Source: a virus
Strand: one strand, 5' to 3'
Virus record (IMG/VR): IMGVR_UViG_3300035686_000004
Coordinates: 1-64,000 of that record
DNA: 64,000 nucleotides
Position 1 is the first letter of the stretch; each line of letters starts with the position of its first letter. Below are positions 60,455 through 64,000 of the stretch, in pieces. The notes beneath the pieces were generated by a model, which saw only the letters and a program-made list of their open reading frames with translations, was not told the origin of the DNA and made no database searches. The position numbers and the translations under genes were made by a program.

Positions 60455-60803
60455 AGGTTCTTACCTCCAACACATAAGCTTGCACCAAATTAGCCGACAC
60501 GTCAGTCCCCAATGCAGTAAATTCAACAGTGCCACTGAAAGTCGTAGAAGGAAGCGCCCCAAACACCCTAGTCTCACCAGGGGCGATCGCCTCAACAGGA
60601 TCTTCTATCTCATAGTTGCTTGACGCTTTTGCGGGGGTTACAAAGTTGATATGGGCATTCCCTTCTGGTGAAGCTGGATCAAGATGATCAACCACAAGCA
60701 CTGTAGAGGCACTATTGGCAAATGTGTATCGTTCTCCTAGCGCAAGTGTTGTACGCTTTACTTCCGTGCCTTTCAAGGTTGAAATATTGATCGGTAATTG
60801 CAT
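60447..60803 (-). CDS. hypothetical virion protein
   Basis: 118-aa beta-rich ORF with AAGGAG upstream, preceded by a palindrome copy. Confidence 0.55.
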   Translation of the reverse strand: MQLPINISTLKGTEVKRTTLALGERYTFANSASTVLVVDHLDPASPEGNAHINFVTPAKASSNYEIEDPVEAIAPGETRVFGALPSTTFSGTVEFTALGTDVSANLVQAYVLEVRTYG

Positions 60804-60819
60804 TGTTACTCCTTAATTT

Positions 60820-60833
60820 GTCTAATATTAGAC
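60820..60833. repeat. PAL14 perfect
   Basis: Between the 60840 stop and the 60803 start, followed on the minus strand by AAGGAG. Confidence 0.95.
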
Positions 60834-60839
60834 TGGTGC

Positions 60840-61277
60840 CTACCCACCTAGATTTACTGGATCAAAGGGAACGTTTTGAGCTGCATCAATAAACAAGTGA
60901 AAGCGCTCACTAACTCCTTTTGGATCAATTCTGTCCAATACTCCTTTAATGATCGATTCTTGCCAATTAATGACAGCAAATAAACCAATGCGAAGTATAT
61001 CTGGGCTAGAAAGGCGATTAATCATACATCGATACACCTTGGCTTCTGTGTAGCCAGATACAGGGCGATCGCCTCCTTTGCCTGCATCTAGTAGCTTAAT
61101 AGCTGCGCAGGGAGCATCTAGTACTACTTGAGGCCGTGAAGGAATTGGAATTTCATAAGGGTTTCTATTGACAACTTCAGGAAATTCGATTAACCTGATA
61201 CGCCCTGTTGCTCTTGCATTAGTCAATCGAGAATAAAGAGCGTAAGTATCAATTCGAGGGACGGAATTAATGGCCAT
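60840..61277 (-). CDS. hypothetical head-tail connector-region protein
   Basis: 145-aa ORF that overlaps the upstream gene by 11 nt. Confidence 0.55.
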   Translation of the reverse strand: MAINSVPRIDTYALYSRLTNARATGRIRLIEFPEVVNRNPYEIPIPSRPQVVLDAPCAAIKLLDAGKGGDRPVSGYTEAKVYRCMINRLSSPDILRIGLFAVINWQESIIKGVLDRIDPKGVSERFHLFIDAAQNVPFDPVNLGG

Positions 61278-62058
61278 AAACCCGCCGTTTCCTGAAAGAA
61301 GAAAGGAACATCAATGCATTTTCAAATCCTTTATTAATTAATCCAACGCCCCCCGAGCTATCGATCACGTTTGCATATTTGACTTTGATGTCATCAACAA
61401 CATCAATCTCAATGGGCAACCCCCCTAGCAAATTACCGGGCGTCGATGTATTACTGCCTTGTACAAAATTAATCAATCCATCCGAAAAAAGCAAATACTT
61501 CAATATTGCGGCAACGGCAGATTTGATTGCTAAAACATCAGGCGTGTTAATTGAAAAATCGTAGCCGCCGTAATAAGTGATTCGCAAGCTAGAGGCGATC
61601 GCCCAATGCCGTAACTCGACCCTCCCTGACGCTGACTCAATCCAATATTGGACTGGATCGATTAATTGCCAATTTAGTCCAAATGTTTGATCGATGGGAG
61701 CAATATCTTGAGGATAAACAGGAATTATTGCTCGATAGGCTAACGGGCTTAACCGATTATATAGGGAGCGATGATAAAAGCTTGGCGCTTGATACCCAAA
61801 AGTATGGGGGTACGGATTTTGGGAGATTTTTTGTTCAATAATTGGCAGTGGATCGAGGGAGATTGGGGTATTGTCCAGGAAGAATAAACTAGCTGGAATC
61901 TCTAAATTAGAAATGTGTTGTCGAAGTTCTAGTGGGCGATTCGCCCCTTGGCTTGACTCTGCGATCGCTTGCGCTCTGACAAGATAGCCCAATAATGTAC
62001 TCTCTTCTAAATCAATAGAAGGAAAAAATATAGGCTTATCGTCAAGAGTTAGAATCAT
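61267..62058 (-). CDS. hypothetical head-associated protein
   Basis: 263-aa ORF in the operon, with ATGA-type overlap to the upstream gene. Confidence 0.6.
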   Translation of the reverse strand: MILTLDDKPIFFPSIDLEESTLLGYLVRAQAIAESSQGANRPLELRQHISNLEIPASLFFLDNTPISLDPLPIIEQKISQNPYPHTFGYQAPSFYHRSLYNRLSPLAYRAIIPVYPQDIAPIDQTFGLNWQLIDPVQYWIESASGRVELRHWAIASSLRITYYGGYDFSINTPDVLAIKSAVAAILKYLLFSDGLINFVQGSNTSTPGNLLGGLPIEIDVVDDIKVKYANVIDSSGGVGLINKGFENALMFLSSFRKRRVYGH

Positions 62059-62393
62059 GTGTTTCTAGGACATTTCGTATCTTCAACTGGGCACAAATCT
62101 TTCTGTGCGATCGGGTCAGTATGCCGTGATTGTCCGCAGGCTTTGCAATAATAGATATTCTCTATGACTTGAAAGCTATAATCCCCCGGAGTTACGTCAA
62201 TCTGAGGTGGGGGTGGAGGGGCATCATTAGGCGTCAAGGATACCGTAACAACCTCTTCTACTGCGCTAGCCGCTTGCAATTTTACTGGATCAGGAGTCGC
62301 AGTCAACGTAACATGAGCGGGTTGCTCGGCGATCGGCTTGTCTTTTTTGGTGGTGTCTAGCCCAGGCTGGTTTTCCACCTTATCCTTCCTCAC
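62055..62393 (-). CDS. small zinc-ribbon protein downstream of the capsid gene
   Basis: 112 aa with a Pro-rich linker and CKACGQ...CPVEDTKCP. Confidence 0.5.
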   Translation of the reverse strand: MRKDKVENQPGLDTTKKDKPIAEQPAHVTLTATPDPVKLQAASAVEEVVTVSLTPNDAPPPPPQIDVTPGDYSFQVIENIYYCKACGQSRHTDPIAQKDLCPVEDTKCPRNT

Positions 62394-62409
62394 TGTTTTT
62401 CTTTACTCC

Positions 62410-64000
62410 TTAGACAGGGGTTTTAGATGTACGGACTTGCACCACCCTAGCTTGCTGTCCAGGACTCAGGGCTGGATCAACATCCAAAGCACCAAAGCCT
62501 TCATGAGATAGCCAATAGAAATCACGCGATCGTTGGTCGTTGACAATAATTTCTCGAATTGTAAAGGGCAAAGCTTGCGCTCTACCTATCGTGCCCATGC
62601 CAAAAGCAAAAGCAGTTTGAGTGGTTACCGCAGTTCCCCCCAATGTCTCAGCCTGAACACCAAGTGAGCCTGGATTGCCTACCCCAAATGTGTTTTGTCG
62701 GAAAATGTGGAAATTTGCAAGCATCCCGACATAACCACTCACCCTGCCAATTTGCTGACCTGTTTCCATTGCCAGGTAGTTAGTTAGCTCCGTCACGGGG
62801 GAACCTTCATACCAGCGCTGATCAAGCTTTGGATCGCGCAGTAGTTGCTCTAACTGAGTAGTGTTAAGGACTAATCCATAGCACTCGTCATAAGGGGGGA
62901 TACGCAACTCATCCGCCATGTATGCAGCTAGTGAACCCAGGAAATTCAGTGACATTTGTCCCTCCCCGCCAGCGGTTACAGCTGCGGGGGTTAGCACTAA
63001 ATTGCCGCCATTGTTATAAGCCGTAATCGTGCTTTGAAACCAAAGATTGCTGATACTTAGATCTTCAAAGTATTCATAGTTATAACGCAGGCGCTCACGC
63101 AATACTCGCAACAGATCAATCAGGGAGTATGCAGTCAGAAATTCAGGGATGGCAACGGGGCGAACCTTGCCATCCTTGCCTACGCCATTTTCGCGAATGA
63201 AGATAGGTTCTGATGTTGCATTCAATGGCTGACGCTGATCGGTTAGCGGCACCCCTGGCATTAAGTGCCAGTCAGAAGGGACGTCGCCCTCTTCTAGTAA
63301 AAGTACACGAGGAATAGATGCCGTTTGACCAGGCGGAACACCAACATTGACGCGGTTGTTGCAAAACTGCCATAGCACAAACCGCTTCATATGCGTTAAC
63401 CGCATCTCTGTAGAAAGAAACGTCAGAAATGCAGGGGGGATATTACTAAACCCTGTAGGCGCAGCGGATTCCACAATTGAAACTGTCGAGCCACGCAACA
63501 ACCCTAGTTTATCCTTTGCGTATTTTTCCCATCCTTTACGCAATGCCGCTTGATTCTCAAGTGCAAACTCATCCAAATGGCGCGTATCGATTTGGACTTC
63601 CACAGAACCACGAGGGCTGGCCACCATTGCGCGAGGGGTTGCTGTAGAGTCATCACAAATACGGGTAAATTCGCGTACTGCATCCCGATCGCTAATCCCA
63701 CCCCGCAACGAAGAGGGGGCGATATAAGAGGATGACGCATTAGAGGTTGAATCAATCAATCCAGGAATGTAATCCCCAAATCCCATGCTAGAACTAGCTG
63801 CTTGAATTAATCGCAGCTTCCGCTCATTGGCGGCGATCGCGTCCTTAGACTGTTGCTCAATCCTGGCTTTCTCTTCTTTCTGCTGATCCAATTCACTCTG
63901 CACATGAGCAATTTGATCACGCAAGTCTTTTATAGTTGCGCTGTATTCAGCTTCGACTTGACGCCGTTGCCCACTAGCGATCGCAATAAGTATATCTTCA
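62410..64000 (-). CDS. major capsid protein with N-terminal coiled-coil (scaffold/delta-like) region; 5' end beyond the window
   Basis: The track ORF starts at a TTG (63924), but I found no in-frame stop between 63925 and 64000, so the ORF is open to the window edge. Its size, its position at the head of the morphogenesis operon and the coiled-coil N-terminus fit a capsid gene. No motif-level proof. Confidence 0.55.
   Translation of the reverse strand, partial: EDILIAIASGQRRQVEAEYSATIKDLRDQIAHVQSELDQQKEEKARIEQQSKDAIAANERKLRLIQAASSSMGFGDYIPGLIDSTSNASSSYIAPSSLRGGISDRDAVREFTRICDDSTATPRAMVASPRGSVEVQIDTRHLDEFALENQAALRKGWEKYAKDKLGLLRGSTVSIVESAAPTGFSNIPPAFLTFLSTEMRLTHMKRFVLWQFCNNRVNVGVPPGQTASIPRVLLLEEGDVPSDWHLMPGVPLTDQRQPLNATSEPIFIRENGVGKDGKVRPVAIPEFLTAYSLIDLLRVLRERLRYNYEYFEDLSISNLWFQSTITAYNNGGNLVLTPAAVTAGGEGQMSLNFLGSLAAYMADELRIPPYDECYGLVLNTTQLEQLLRDPKLDQRWYEGSPVTELTNYLAMETGQQIGRVSGYVGMLANFHIFRQNTFGVGNPGSLGVQAETLGGTAVTTQTAFAFGMGTIGRAQALPFTIREIIVNDQRSRDFYWLSHEGFGALDVDPALSPGQQARVVQVRTSKTPV

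Noticed and set aside
1-64000. tRNA, rRNA, integrase, att sites, cas genes and transposase/IS elements.
   Set aside because: A visual scan for T-loop-like GGTTCGA motifs, recombinase or transposase motifs and terminal inverted repeats found nothing convincing. The one GGGTTCGCAAC near 28110 lacks a cloverleaf context. A tRNAscan or ISfinder run would be needed for certainty.

Overview
The window looks like one continuous segment of a tailed (siphovirus-like) phage or prophage from a cyanobacterial host. The host inference rests on the octamer GCGATCGC (HIP1), which I tallied 9 times in the first 3.3 kb and which recurs throughout. I saw no rRNA, tRNA, integrase or cas genes.

Layout:
- 1-6.3 kb, mostly minus strand: DNA-metabolism genes. 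These are an HTH protein, a DUF932-like protein, a ParB-domain/Dam-type methylase fusion and an ERF recombinase.
- 7-27.7 kb, mostly plus strand: replication, regulation and modification genes. These include a replication-initiator-like gene with internal iterons, an RHH protein, a PAPS-reductase-like protein, an M15 endolysin, a Bro-N antirepressor, a T5orf172 protein, an SF2 helicase and a C5-cytosine methylase.
- 27.8-46.3 kb: a PadR regulator, a portal-like gene, lambda M/L/K/I-J-like tail-tip genes interrupted by a macrodomain gene, large fibre-like paralogues, an FHA protein and an embedded two-component cassette.
- 46.4-64 kb, minus strand: a morphogenesis operon running from a capsid gene (open at the window edge), through head-tail joining genes, tail tube and chaperones, to a 3743-aa tape measure protein carrying hydrolase, M23 and lysozyme-like domains.

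The most striking signal is not a gene. A 14-bp perfect palindrome, GTCTAATATTAGAC, occurs 21 times exactly and at least 11 times with one mismatch. It sits in almost every intergenic gap, and a few copies lie inside coding sequence.

In the early region the palindrome is combined with a conserved promoter (TTGACA, about 17 nt ending GGGTGT, then TAGATT) and a terminator hairpin, forming a reusable intergenic cassette.

Other leads:
- two CRISPR-repeat-like units with one spacer-like insert
- lambda-ori-like iterons
- a putative operator set in a divergent switch region
- a partial duplication of the endolysin 5' end
- a 28-bp dyad that supplies the stop codons of two convergent genes

All functional calls come from motif recognition by eye. 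None was checked against a database.
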